Origin: an uncultured Gemmatimonadota bacterium
GTDB lineage: Bacteria > Blakebacterota > Blakebacteria > Blakebacterales > Blakebacteraceae
Assembly (NCBI GenBank): GCA_964576115.1
Contig: CAZNUA010000031.1
Location: 1 to 44,368 of the forward strand
Length of the DNA stretch: 44,368 nt
Reading direction: 5' to 3'
Below, in pieces: positions 8,886-17,453 of the stretch. Position numbers and translations under genes: made by a program. Positions within the stretch are counted from its first letter, which is position 1. Each line of letters begins with the position of its first letter. The notes below the pieces were generated by a model. That model made no database searches, was not told the DNA's origin, and worked only from the letters and a program-made list of their open reading frames with translations.

Positions 8886-10451
8886 ATGACCCACGATACC
8901 GGACCCTCCGGATGTTACTGCTGCGGAGTGAACCGGCGGCAGTTCCTGCAGACGGGTTGTGCGGCCTGTGTCGGAGCCGCGGGAGTGCTCTCGTTGCCCG
9001 CCGGCGCTCGCGCTCTCGTCGACCCGGCCCCGGTGCGCCTGCGTATCGTCTATGCCCTGCATGCCGAGCAGCAGGCCGTGCCCGACTGGCCCAATCTGGG
9101 CTTTGACTTCCGGCCGGTGATGGAGCGGACCACCCGGGCCCTGACCGAGGGATGTCCGGAGTGCACCTTTGAGGTCTCGATGGCCAAGGATGCCGAGGAG
9201 ACCGCCGCCATCGTGGCCGCCGACGAGGGGACCGGGATCGACGGCTACGTGGTCTGCCAGCTCAACTGCTGGAACCGGATCGTACAGACCCTGGCCGAAA
9301 CCGGCAAACCGGTGCTCTACTCCGATTTCACCTACGCCGGATCGGGGGGCTTTCTGGTCTACACCGCCGCTTTCCTGCGGGCGGGTACTCCGAACGTGGG
9401 CTTTGTTTCCAGTTCCCGGCTCGAGGATCTGGTCGCGGCGGCGCGCTGCTTCGAACCCGTCGTGCAGAGCGGTCGGTCCGGCAATTTCGCCTCGGCGGTG
9501 ACCCGCGTGCGCCGGCAGGGCACTGCGGCTGTCGGTGACCTGACCTGTCTGGCCGATCCGGTCACCACCCTTGATCCGTCGCGAACCTTGAGGGAAATGC
9601 GTCGAGCGCCGATCCTGGCCGTGCGCGACCAGCAGGCCCGCACCGCCGAACCGATCATGGGCATCCCGGTCGAGTTCATTCCCTTCGCCGAGGTCAACGC
9701 CGCCTGGGAGGACGCCGACCGCGCCGCGGCTGCCGAGATCGCCGACCGCTGGGCTTCCGACGCCATGGTCGTGCGGGGGGTGAGTCGCGAAACCCTCGAG
9801 ACCTCGGCGGCGATGTACCTGGGCATGAAGGAGGTCCTCGGCCGGCACGGCGCCCGGGCCATCACTATCAACTGCCTGGGTGGGTTCTACGGGGGGCACA
9901 TCCACGCCTACCCCTGCCTCGGTTTTCACGAACTGAACAACGAGGGGCTGATCGGCGCCTGCGAGTGCGACCTGCGTTCGACCTCGACCATGGTGGCCGT
10001 CAATGCCCTGACCGGGGGGCGACCGGGGTATATCTCCGATCCCGTTCTCGATACTGCCCGGCGGCGGATCATTTACGCTCACTGCGTGGCCACCAACAGG
10101 GTCTTCGGACCCGATGGCCCTGTCAATCCCTTCGAGATCCTGACCCATTCGGAAGACCGTCAGGGAGCCTCGGTGCGCTCGATCCTGCCAGCGGGATACA
10201 TGACGACCTCGCTCGAGTTCATGCCCGAGCGGCAGGAGGTGCTGCTGCACGCCGGCAAGGCGGTCGCCAACGATCCCGACGACCGGGCCTGCCGGACCAA
10301 GCTGGTGGTCGAGCCGATCGGCGATTTCGAGAAACTCTTCACCATGTGGGACCGCTGGGGCTGGCACCGGGTCACCTTCTACGGCGACCTGCGCGAGCCG
10401 CTGGCCGGCCTGGCCGACGCTCTGGGCTACACCGTGGTCCGGGAGACCTGA
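8886..10451 (+). CDS. Tat-exported L-fucose/L-arabinose isomerase-like protein
   Basis: ATG 8886 after GAGGAGG; NRRQFL twin-arginine signal; AITINC...YPCLGFHELNNEGLIGACECD, ISDP, YAHC and GWHRV resemble the fucose-isomerase superfamily. Confidence 0.65.
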   Translation: MTHDTGPSGCYCCGVNRRQFLQTGCAACVGAAGVLSLPAGARALVDPAPVRLRIVYALHAEQQAVPDWPNLGFDFRPVMERTTRALTEGCPECTFEVSMAKDAEETAAIVAADEGTGIDGYVVCQLNCWNRIVQTLAETGKPVLYSDFTYAGSGGFLVYTAAFLRAGTPNVGFVSSSRLEDLVAAARCFEPVVQSGRSGNFASAVTRVRRQGTAAVGDLTCLADPVTTLDPSRTLREMRRAPILAVRDQQARTAEPIMGIPVEFIPFAEVNAAWEDADRAAAAEIADRWASDAMVVRGVSRETLETSAAMYLGMKEVLGRHGARAITINCLGGFYGGHIHAYPCLGFHELNNEGLIGACECDLRSTSTMVAVNALTGGRPGYISDPVLDTARRRIIYAHCVATNRVFGPDGPVNPFEILTHSEDRQGASVRSILPAGYMTTSLEFMPERQEVLLHAGKAVANDPDDRACRTKLVVEPIGDFEKLFTMWDRWGWHRVTFYGDLREPLAGLADALGYTVVRET

Positions 10452-10456
10452 GAAAC

Positions 10457-13105
10457 ATGTTTGATATTGGTTGTAAAACACCCGACCGTTCCGTTATCCC
10501 GCACCGGCTCCCGCCCGGGTTCCGGACTGACGTTCTGTTACTGTTGACGGCTGTTTTCCTGAGGGTGTCCGCCGCGACGGTCGTTGGAGGCCAGACGCTC
10601 GTTGGAGGCCAGACGCTCGTCGGAGGAGAGACGATCGTCGAAGGGGAGACCGGCCGGCAGCTCGATGACCATATGAACCGGCTGGTGGGGACCGGTTTCT
10701 CGGGTGTCGTTCTAGTCGCCCGGGAGGGGCGGATCGTCCTGCAGAAAGGCTACGGTCTGGCCGATCGGGAGGCGGAGCGGCCGGTCACTCCGGCCACGGT
10801 CTTCACGATCGGTTCGATCACCAAGCAGTTCACCGGGGCAGCGATCCTCAAACTCGAGATGATGGGCCAGCTCAGCACCGACGATCCGCTTTCGGACTAC
10901 ATCGATGACGTCCCCGATGACAAGCGCGGCATCACCCTGCACTACCTGCTGACCCACACCGCCGGTTTCCCCGGCGCGATCGGCGATGATTTCGACACCG
11001 GAGCCGATACCGCCACCTTTCTGACCCGGGCGATGCAGACCGACCTGCTCTTCGAGCCCGGCGAGCGGTACGAGTACTCCAACGTCGGCTTCAGCCTGCT
11101 GGGGATCGTCGTCGAGAAGGTCTCGGGGATGGGCTATGAAGAGTTCCTGCAGCGTTATCTCTTCGAGCCCGCCGGCATGAGGCGGACCGGCTACCTGCTG
11201 CCCGGCTACCGTGACGAGGAACTGGCGGTCGGCTACCGGGAGGGCCGGCGCTGGGGCAGTGTCATCCGCCACCCGATGCTCTCCGACGGTCCGGGCTGGC
11301 ACCTGCGCGCCAACGGCGGAATCCACAGCACCGTTCACGACATGTTCCGCTGGCAGCAGGCTCTCATGGGCGAGGAGGTCCTCTCGGCCGAGGCGAAGGA
11401 GAAGTACTTCCACCCCTGGGCCGACGAGGGTGGGGGGGATTCCTATTACGGCTACGGTTGGGTGACGGTCCCCGATTACATGGGCCACCGGCTGATCACG
11501 CACAACGGCGGGAACGGCATCTTCTCGGCCGACTTCCGCTGGTTCCCCGAGGACGGTCTCGTCATCTGCGCCATGACCAATCTGGCGGAGTTCTGCCCGG
11601 TCGATTATGTGACCCGCGATCTCACCCGTCTGCTCTTCGGGGCCGAGGTGAACCGGGCGCCGGCGCAGGAACCCCTCGACGGTCTCGAAGCCTTCGTCAC
11701 GCGGGTCATGACCGACTGGGAGGCGCCGGGGGTGGCGGTGGCGGTCATCAAGGATGATGCGATCGTGTTCATGCGAGGCTTCGGCGTGCGGGAGGTGGGC
11801 GAGGAGGATCCGGTGGATGAACACACCGTGTTCGCCATCGCTTCGACTTCCAAGGCCTTTACCACCGCGGCCCTGGGTCTGCTGGTGGATGAAGAGCGGC
11901 TGGATTTCGATGATCGGGTAACCGATCTCCTTACCGGTTTCGAACTGTACGATCCATGGGTGACGCGCGAAATGACGGTGCGCGATCTGCTCTCGCACCG
12001 CAGCGGATTGCCTCGCGGCGACCGGCTGTGGTACGGATCCGCCTTCGACCGGGCCGAAGTGCTCGAGCGCATCCGCCTGCTCGAACCGGTCAGCAGCTTC
12101 CGCTCCCGTTACGGCTATCAGAACATCATGTTTACCGCCGCCGGCGAGCTCGTGCCGGCCGTGACCGACACGAGCTGGGGGGAGTTCCTCCGGGTTCGGA
12201 TCTTCGAGCCGCTGGGCATGCTCTCGTCGAGCACCTCGCTGGCCGCCATGGCGGACAACGACAATGTCGCCACCCCCCACGGGAGGATCAGCGGCCGGGT
12301 CGAGCCGATCCCGTGGCGTGACTGGGATAACCTCGGCGGTGCCGGGGCGGTCAATTCCTGTGCCGCCGATCTGGCGCAGTGGCTGCGCCTGCAGCTGGCC
12401 GGAGGCCTCATCGGGGAGCGGTGTCTGCTCTCTGAAGACGTGATCGAACAGATGCACACTCCCCAGACCATCGTGCCGCTCTCCCGGAACGAGCGGGATC
12501 TCTACCCCGAAACCCACTTCTCGGCCTACGGTCTGGGATGGCGGCTCATGGACTACCAGGGACACTTCATCGTCTACCACGGCGGGGCTCTCGACGGCAT
12601 GCGAACCCACCTCGTACTGGTGCCCGACGTGGGATTCGGTGTGGTGGCCCTGACCAATATCAACGAAAGCCGGGTGCCCCAGGCGATCGCGTGGCAGGTG
12701 GTGGAGCGCTACATCGGCGACGAGGAGAAAGACTGGCATACTCTCTATCGCGCCCAGGCCGAACGGGCTCGGGCCCGCTCGGATTCGAGCCGGATGCGCC
12801 TCGAGAGCGAGCGACGGACCGGCACCTCGCCCACCCATCCCCTGGAGGCCTTCACCGGACGGTATTCGAGCGACCTCTACGGCGAGATCACCGTCGCTCT
12901 CGAGGATTCGGCCCTCGTCGTCAGTGCCGGCCCGCTCTACGTCGGAGATCTCGAACACTGGCACCTGAACACCTTCGAAGTCACCTGGCGAGATGCCTAT
13001 CTGGGGCGGGACTTCCTCGGCTTCATCCTCGGCCGGATGGGTCGGGTCGCGGCTGTGGACATTCAGGGCGTGGGGCGTTACGAGCGGGTGCACGAGCGCC
13101 GCTGA
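10457..13105 (+). CDS. Tandem two-domain beta-lactamase-family serine hydrolase with C-terminal DUF3471-like domain
   Basis: Start moved to ATG 10457. Domain 1 has GSITK/YEYSN/HNGG; domain 2 has ASTSK/YGYQN/HGG; tail LEAFTGRYSSDLYGEITV...LEHWH. Confidence 0.88.
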   Translation: MFDIGCKTPDRSVIPHRLPPGFRTDVLLLLTAVFLRVSAATVVGGQTLVGGQTLVGGETIVEGETGRQLDDHMNRLVGTGFSGVVLVAREGRIVLQKGYGLADREAERPVTPATVFTIGSITKQFTGAAILKLEMMGQLSTDDPLSDYIDDVPDDKRGITLHYLLTHTAGFPGAIGDDFDTGADTATFLTRAMQTDLLFEPGERYEYSNVGFSLLGIVVEKVSGMGYEEFLQRYLFEPAGMRRTGYLLPGYRDEELAVGYREGRRWGSVIRHPMLSDGPGWHLRANGGIHSTVHDMFRWQQALMGEEVLSAEAKEKYFHPWADEGGGDSYYGYGWVTVPDYMGHRLITHNGGNGIFSADFRWFPEDGLVICAMTNLAEFCPVDYVTRDLTRLLFGAEVNRAPAQEPLDGLEAFVTRVMTDWEAPGVAVAVIKDDAIVFMRGFGVREVGEEDPVDEHTVFAIASTSKAFTTAALGLLVDEERLDFDDRVTDLLTGFELYDPWVTREMTVRDLLSHRSGLPRGDRLWYGSAFDRAEVLERIRLLEPVSSFRSRYGYQNIMFTAAGELVPAVTDTSWGEFLRVRIFEPLGMLSSSTSLAAMADNDNVATPHGRISGRVEPIPWRDWDNLGGAGAVNSCAADLAQWLRLQLAGGLIGERCLLSEDVIEQMHTPQTIVPLSRNERDLYPETHFSAYGLGWRLMDYQGHFIVYHGGALDGMRTHLVLVPDVGFGVVALTNINESRVPQAIAWQVVERYIGDEEKDWHTLYRAQAERARARSDSSRMRLESERRTGTSPTHPLEAFTGRYSSDLYGEITVALEDSALVVSAGPLYVGDLEHWHLNTFEVTWRDAYLGRDFLGFILGRMGRVAAVDIQGVGRYERVHERR
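10581..10652 (+). repeat. 18-bp in-frame tandem repeat, 4 copies (VGGQTL-like)
   Basis: tcgttggaggccagacgc twice exactly, then tcgtcggaggagagacga and tcgtcgaaggggagaccg. Confidence 0.85.
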
Positions 13106-13150
13106 CGGGTACCTGCTCCCTGGCCGGTCTGGGACATCACGCCGGGGGAG

Positions 13151-14455
13151 TCAGACGGGTTTACGGGAAATGTCTATGCGCCGGAAGAGAGCCTTGATCA
13201 TGATCTTCAGGATATGGGGCGACCGGAGCAGGATGGGCAGGCGGCGAATGATCTTCGGCCAGGACGTGCTCCGGAAGTACCGGTGAAGCTGTTCGTAGAC
13301 TCCCTGAACACCCTGTTCCAGTTCCTCGGGACTCATCAGGGCCGGTTGAAAAACCGCATTGGACCACCCGTAGTCGAGCCGGTCCTTCGTGATCAACCGG
13401 CCCTCGCGCTGGAACTGGTCGTACATCTCGGTGCCCGGGTAGGGCGTGAGGATATAGAGGCAGATGTCATCTAGGTCGATCTTCCTGATGGCCTCCTCGG
13501 TGGCCGGAAAGATCTGATGGTCGTCGTGATCGAAACCGAACATGAAGAAACCCAGGACCAGAATCTGGTGACGGTGAAAAGCGCGCACTACCTCGCTGTA
13601 TTCATCGATCCGATTCTGGGCAATCCCGGCCGATTGGAGTGAGCCGGGATTGATCGTCTGGAATCCGATTTGAATATGGAAACAGCCGGCCCCGGCCATG
13701 GCCGCCAGCAGGGCCGGGTTCCGGGCGATATTCGTCGGAGCCTGGACCGACCACAATTTTTTCAGGGGGGCGATCCGCTCGCAGAGGCGGAGGACGTAGT
13801 CTTCGTCGGCGAACATGTTATCATCCACGAAGAACACGACTTTCTGGGGAAGTTCGGCCAGTTCCCGGTAGATGAGGTCGATGTCGCGGACGCGGTGCTC
13901 ATGCCAGGGAACATTGGGCAGGTAACAGAACCGGCACCGGTTGGGGCAGCCGCGGGTGGCCTGCACGGTTGCCACCCAGTAATCCTCCCGGAACAGGTCC
14001 CGGCGCGGAAAGGGAACGTCGTTCATGTCGGTCGGGCGGTCCTGGGCGTACACTCCCTCGAGACGGTGAGCTTCCGCATCGCGTAGAACGTCCTGCCAGA
14101 TGTACTCGGCTTCCCCCACGACCACCGCGTCGGCGTGTTCCAGGCACTCGGTAGGCAGCAGTGAAGCGTGTACCCCGCCCAGAACGACTTGCGCTCCCCG
14201 GGCGCGCCACCGATCGGCCAGTTCGTAGGCCCGCTGGGAGGTGAAGGTGGCCGTGGTGATGCCTACCAGATCGAAGTCCTCTTCCCAGGGGATCTCCTCC
14301 CAGTCGTTGTCGCACAGTTGCACTTCGTGCCCGTCGGAGAGAGCGGCGATGATCGCGATGTGCAAGGGCGTGAACTTGACCTCTTCCAGGAAGCGATAGA
14401 CTCCGCCGTGGACGAACCATTTCGGTTTGATCAGGAGGATCCGCATCCCGCTCAC
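13151..14455 (-). CDS. Cobalamin-binding radical SAM protein
   Basis: N-terminal B12-binding domain (DLVGIT, VVLGGVHASLLP, VVVGEAE); TRGCPNRCRFC; FFVDDN; ILTPYPGT. Start overlaps the upstream stop (GTGA). Confidence 0.92.
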   Translation of the reverse strand: MSGMRILLIKPKWFVHGGVYRFLEEVKFTPLHIAIIAALSDGHEVQLCDNDWEEIPWEEDFDLVGITTATFTSQRAYELADRWRARGAQVVLGGVHASLLPTECLEHADAVVVGEAEYIWQDVLRDAEAHRLEGVYAQDRPTDMNDVPFPRRDLFREDYWVATVQATRGCPNRCRFCYLPNVPWHEHRVRDIDLIYRELAELPQKVVFFVDDNMFADEDYVLRLCERIAPLKKLWSVQAPTNIARNPALLAAMAGAGCFHIQIGFQTINPGSLQSAGIAQNRIDEYSEVVRAFHRHQILVLGFFMFGFDHDDHQIFPATEEAIRKIDLDDICLYILTPYPGTEMYDQFQREGRLITKDRLDYGWSNAVFQPALMSPEELEQGVQGVYEQLHRYFRSTSWPKIIRRLPILLRSPHILKIMIKALFRRIDISRKPV

Positions 14456-15648
14456 TTCGAGGAGGCAGGGCGGATGAGGTTGCGGATCTTCACCGCCGAC
14501 CGGATCAGGGTAGTGCCGATCCTTCCCGACAGATCCCCGGCGAAAATGTCGCGCCAGGGCCGGTGGGTCGCGACGAACTCGACGAAGGCGCGCGTGTTCC
14601 GTTCGATCTCCGCTTCATGGGGCGACCTAGTGTCGGCCTCATCCGGTTCGAAGAAACAGGTGGGATCTTCGGCGAAGCAGTCGCCGGTGGCGTAGAACGC
14701 CAGGGCCCGGCACCCGCCGCAGGAAGTGCGGTAGCGGCAGCGGCCGCACTTGCCCTGCAGGCCCCGGCCTTCACGGAGCGCTGTCAGCACCGGGTCGGTC
14801 CGGTACAGCTGGGCCAGGGGTGTGTCCTTGACATTGCCGCATACCGCGGCGGAATCGAGCAGATGCACGCAGGGTGCCACATCCCCCTCGGCCGAGACGC
14901 CCACGAAGCCCCGGGCCGCCTGGCATCCGAGCTGGCCCAGCGAAAGGCCCCGGCCGGTGAGGTTGATCGGGGTGGCGTCGGGGGGGGCGAAGAAGGGGGT
15001 AAAACTGACGTAATCGAGGGGATTCCCTCTCAGGATTGGATGGATTGTTTTTTCCATCTCCTCCCGGCTGAACATGAGATCCCGCCGGGTTGCCGCTGCA
15101 CCCCGGGGGATAAAGGGCGAGCGGATCATCGGGATCTGGCGTTCCCGCAGGAAGGCGACCGTTTCCTCGAGGGTGTCCAGATTCGCCCGGGAGATGGTGA
15201 CGAGCACGAAATACCCCACTCCCGCCTCGTCGCACAAGGCGGTCAGATCCAGAAAGTGCTCCCGGCTGCCCGAGCGGCACTGATGCTGCACGCCGGTATC
15301 GACGGAATCCAGGGAGAAGCCGAAGGTGATCCGCCCCCGGGCAGCCTGCTTGATTTCGCCGATCAGGTCCGGTTCCAGCAGGGAGCCATTGGTGTTGATG
15401 AAGACGTGCAGGCCGCGCCCGGCGGCGTGAGCTACCAGCTCAAGGGCATCCGGGCGCAGCAGGAACTCCCCACCGGAGAAGGCGATTGAACCGGTGGGGC
15501 AGATCTTCACGACTTCGTCGATGACGAGAGTCGTGGCCTCTTCGGTGGATAGAGGCGGCGGCGCCGGGGTGTCGAGACGAGTCATGCATGTGGGGCAGTC
15601 CTCGTTGCATGCCCGGGTTGTCTCGAAGTAGCACAGGAAAAAGCGCAT
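14452..15648 (-). CDS. Radical SAM protein with SPASM domain (PqqE/NirJ/Ahb-like superfamily)
   Basis: TRACNEDCPTC, FSGGEFLLRPD, NTNG; SPASM cysteines CQAARG...GDVAPC...CGRCRYRTSCGGCRA...EDPTC. Confidence 0.92.
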   Translation of the reverse strand: MRFFLCYFETTRACNEDCPTCMTRLDTPAPPPLSTEEATTLVIDEVVKICPTGSIAFSGGEFLLRPDALELVAHAAGRGLHVFINTNGSLLEPDLIGEIKQAARGRITFGFSLDSVDTGVQHQCRSGSREHFLDLTALCDEAGVGYFVLVTISRANLDTLEETVAFLRERQIPMIRSPFIPRGAAATRRDLMFSREEMEKTIHPILRGNPLDYVSFTPFFAPPDATPINLTGRGLSLGQLGCQAARGFVGVSAEGDVAPCVHLLDSAAVCGNVKDTPLAQLYRTDPVLTALREGRGLQGKCGRCRYRTSCGGCRALAFYATGDCFAEDPTCFFEPDEADTRSPHEAEIERNTRAFVEFVATHRPWRDIFAGDLSGRIGTTLIRSAVKIRNLIRPASSK

Positions 15649-15649
15649 G

Positions 15650-15683
15650 ACGGAGGGAGTCTACTCGCAAACCCTCCCTCCAT
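15650..15683 (-). promoter_or_regulatory. Leader hairpin just upstream of the rSAM/SPASM start codon
   Basis: ggagggag (15652-15659) and ctccctcc (15674-15681) form a perfect 8-bp stem. A TACTAT -10-like hexamer lies just upstream on the minus strand. Confidence 0.45.
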
Positions 15684-16163
15684 GTAAGTGGATAGTACGA
15701 AAATGAGCGCCATCCCTGTATCCGCTCCGGTATCAGACGGATGCCGCCGGTCGCAGACAGGAAGAACGGAGAGGTTTCACCTTCCCTGCCTCTGCCTGTG
15801 ATGGGCCTTGCCGGGAGAATGAAACCTGCGTTGCGATGCCGTCCCCTTTCCCGGGGAGTGCTGAAGACCTGTAACCAGTCTCTGTCACGTTCTCCTGGCT
15901 CTCAGCGTTCAACCAGGTGCGGTCCGATGCGGAAGCTTGATTCCCATCTGAAACACAGGATATTGTCATTTCGGTCACAGTCGTGCAGGAAACTGGAATC
16001 TTGCAGCTGACAGACGGCACTCATGGTGATCATCTAATTTGTTGTCCATCATTACCTTAGCGAGAAAAAGGTCGGATACGAGACGGAGTGCTGAAGTCTG
16101 ACATGATATCTGCAGTTGAGCAGAGGAATGCATGTAACTCAATCAGGGATTGAGGAGGTCTTC

Positions 16164-17276
16164 ATGCTGTTCCAGAAGAAGATGCTGGGAATACTGGTTC
16201 TCCTGACAGGCTCTCTGCTCAACTCCTGCTGTGGCGACTGGAATCTGTTTGGATACGATTGGGGTGACACAAGTGATGTCCCGGTCGTCGGGCTCGGTAC
16301 GTTACTCTACAGATCCCTGGAAAATCAGCACAGGATTGAAACCATCGGTTGGGAAGCTGATGGAGAGCATGTCAATATCTTTGCCCGGCAGTACGACCAG
16401 GAATGTCACCATCTGTGCAGACTCGATGTGACTACCAGGAATGTGGAGATCCCACTCAGGCTTCAATCGTATGCCTGGACGATCAGGCCATCGACTGATT
16501 ACGAGTCTCTGGCCTTGTTCACTTCCGATGCAGCTGGAATGGAGAGCTATCTGTGTGTCGTAGATATACCCGGATACAATCTGGACGCTGTCGACAGAGT
16601 ATATACGGAGAACATCTATACCCTCGTCTGGTCAGAGGACTCGAGCCGGCTCTGTTACCAGGTCATCGACTCGCTCTTTGTCGTAGACACCGGGTGTCAG
16701 GTGAGAACGCACTCCTTGCACTACCCCGGGAGAGTACTCGCCTTTTCCCAAGACAATACCCGCCTGCTGATACAGAAGTCCGACCTCGATTTGCTTCGTA
16801 TCGTGTCACTTGATCTCGAATCCCTGAATACAGCGTTGATCGTTACTCTGGCTTACGGACAGGTACGGTATGTTTCATGGAACCCGCTCGATTGCGTGAT
16901 CATATACATTCCCGAAGGGCGCGAATCCGTCTACAAAGCCTACTCCGTGACCAATGACAGTGAGACAATCCTGGTGCAGGCACAGGGATCGTATGATGAG
17001 TAGAGGCTCGCGGCGGTCTCCCCGGATGGCGAATCCGCCCTGTTTTGGTTTGATGAGTATATTGTACTCGATGATGATTCGGGATATGAGTTTTCACACC
17101 TGTACCTGATCGATCTCAGTACTGGTACGACAAAATTGCTGGCCAATTCGGCAGATGGTGGTGTGGGCGGTTCAGCTGCTTTCTCACTCGATGGATCCCG
17201 GATCGCCTATCTGTATTCCAGCAGTGTGTGGGCTGTTCTGAATATGAATGCATACTATCAGGATTTAACACCTTAG
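16164..17276 (+). pseudogene. TolB/PD40-like beta-propeller lipoprotein interrupted by an in-frame TAG at 17001-17003
   Basis: GAGGAGG RBS and ATG 16164; signal ending LLNSCC; repeats WSEDSSRLCY and FSQDNTRLL. The same frame continues after the TAG as RLAAVSPDGESALF...AFSLDGSRIAY to TAG 17276. Confidence 0.75.
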
Positions 17277-17453
17277 AGCCCATGGTATCTCGATATGATC
17301 ATTCACGTCATGATACTGCCGAGTGCGGCTCGAACCGGTCAACAGAGGAGCTGAAACCCCAAAAGTACGGTGATAACGGGGGATTGAGTCCTGACCGGAT
17401 ACTGGAATTTCAACGCAGGCGAAGATGTACTCTCGCGCGATCCCGGATCGGTT

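Noticed and set aside
10581-10652. Tandem repeat as a CRISPR array
   Set aside because: No spacers, in-frame coding, no cas genes.
10712-13093. Very long antisense ORFs (793 aa here; also 6539-8410, 8769-10481, 24271-26445, 29687-31429, 40535-42361)
   Set aside because: Shadow frames opposite well-supported genes, expected in high-GC DNA; no motifs.
15733-16024. Small Cys-containing ORFs upstream of the rSAM/SPASM gene as RiPP precursors
   Set aside because: No clear RBS, leader/core pattern or repeated motif, and a promoter-like element lies between them and the rSAM gene.
15690-16100. Cobalamin riboswitch upstream of the B12-rSAM operon
   Set aside because: B12-box and other consensus elements not found by eye; an Infernal scan would be decisive.
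16998-17006. Genome-wide TAG recoding
   Set aside because: Single instance; TAG serves as a normal stop elsewhere (M14 gene, 17276).
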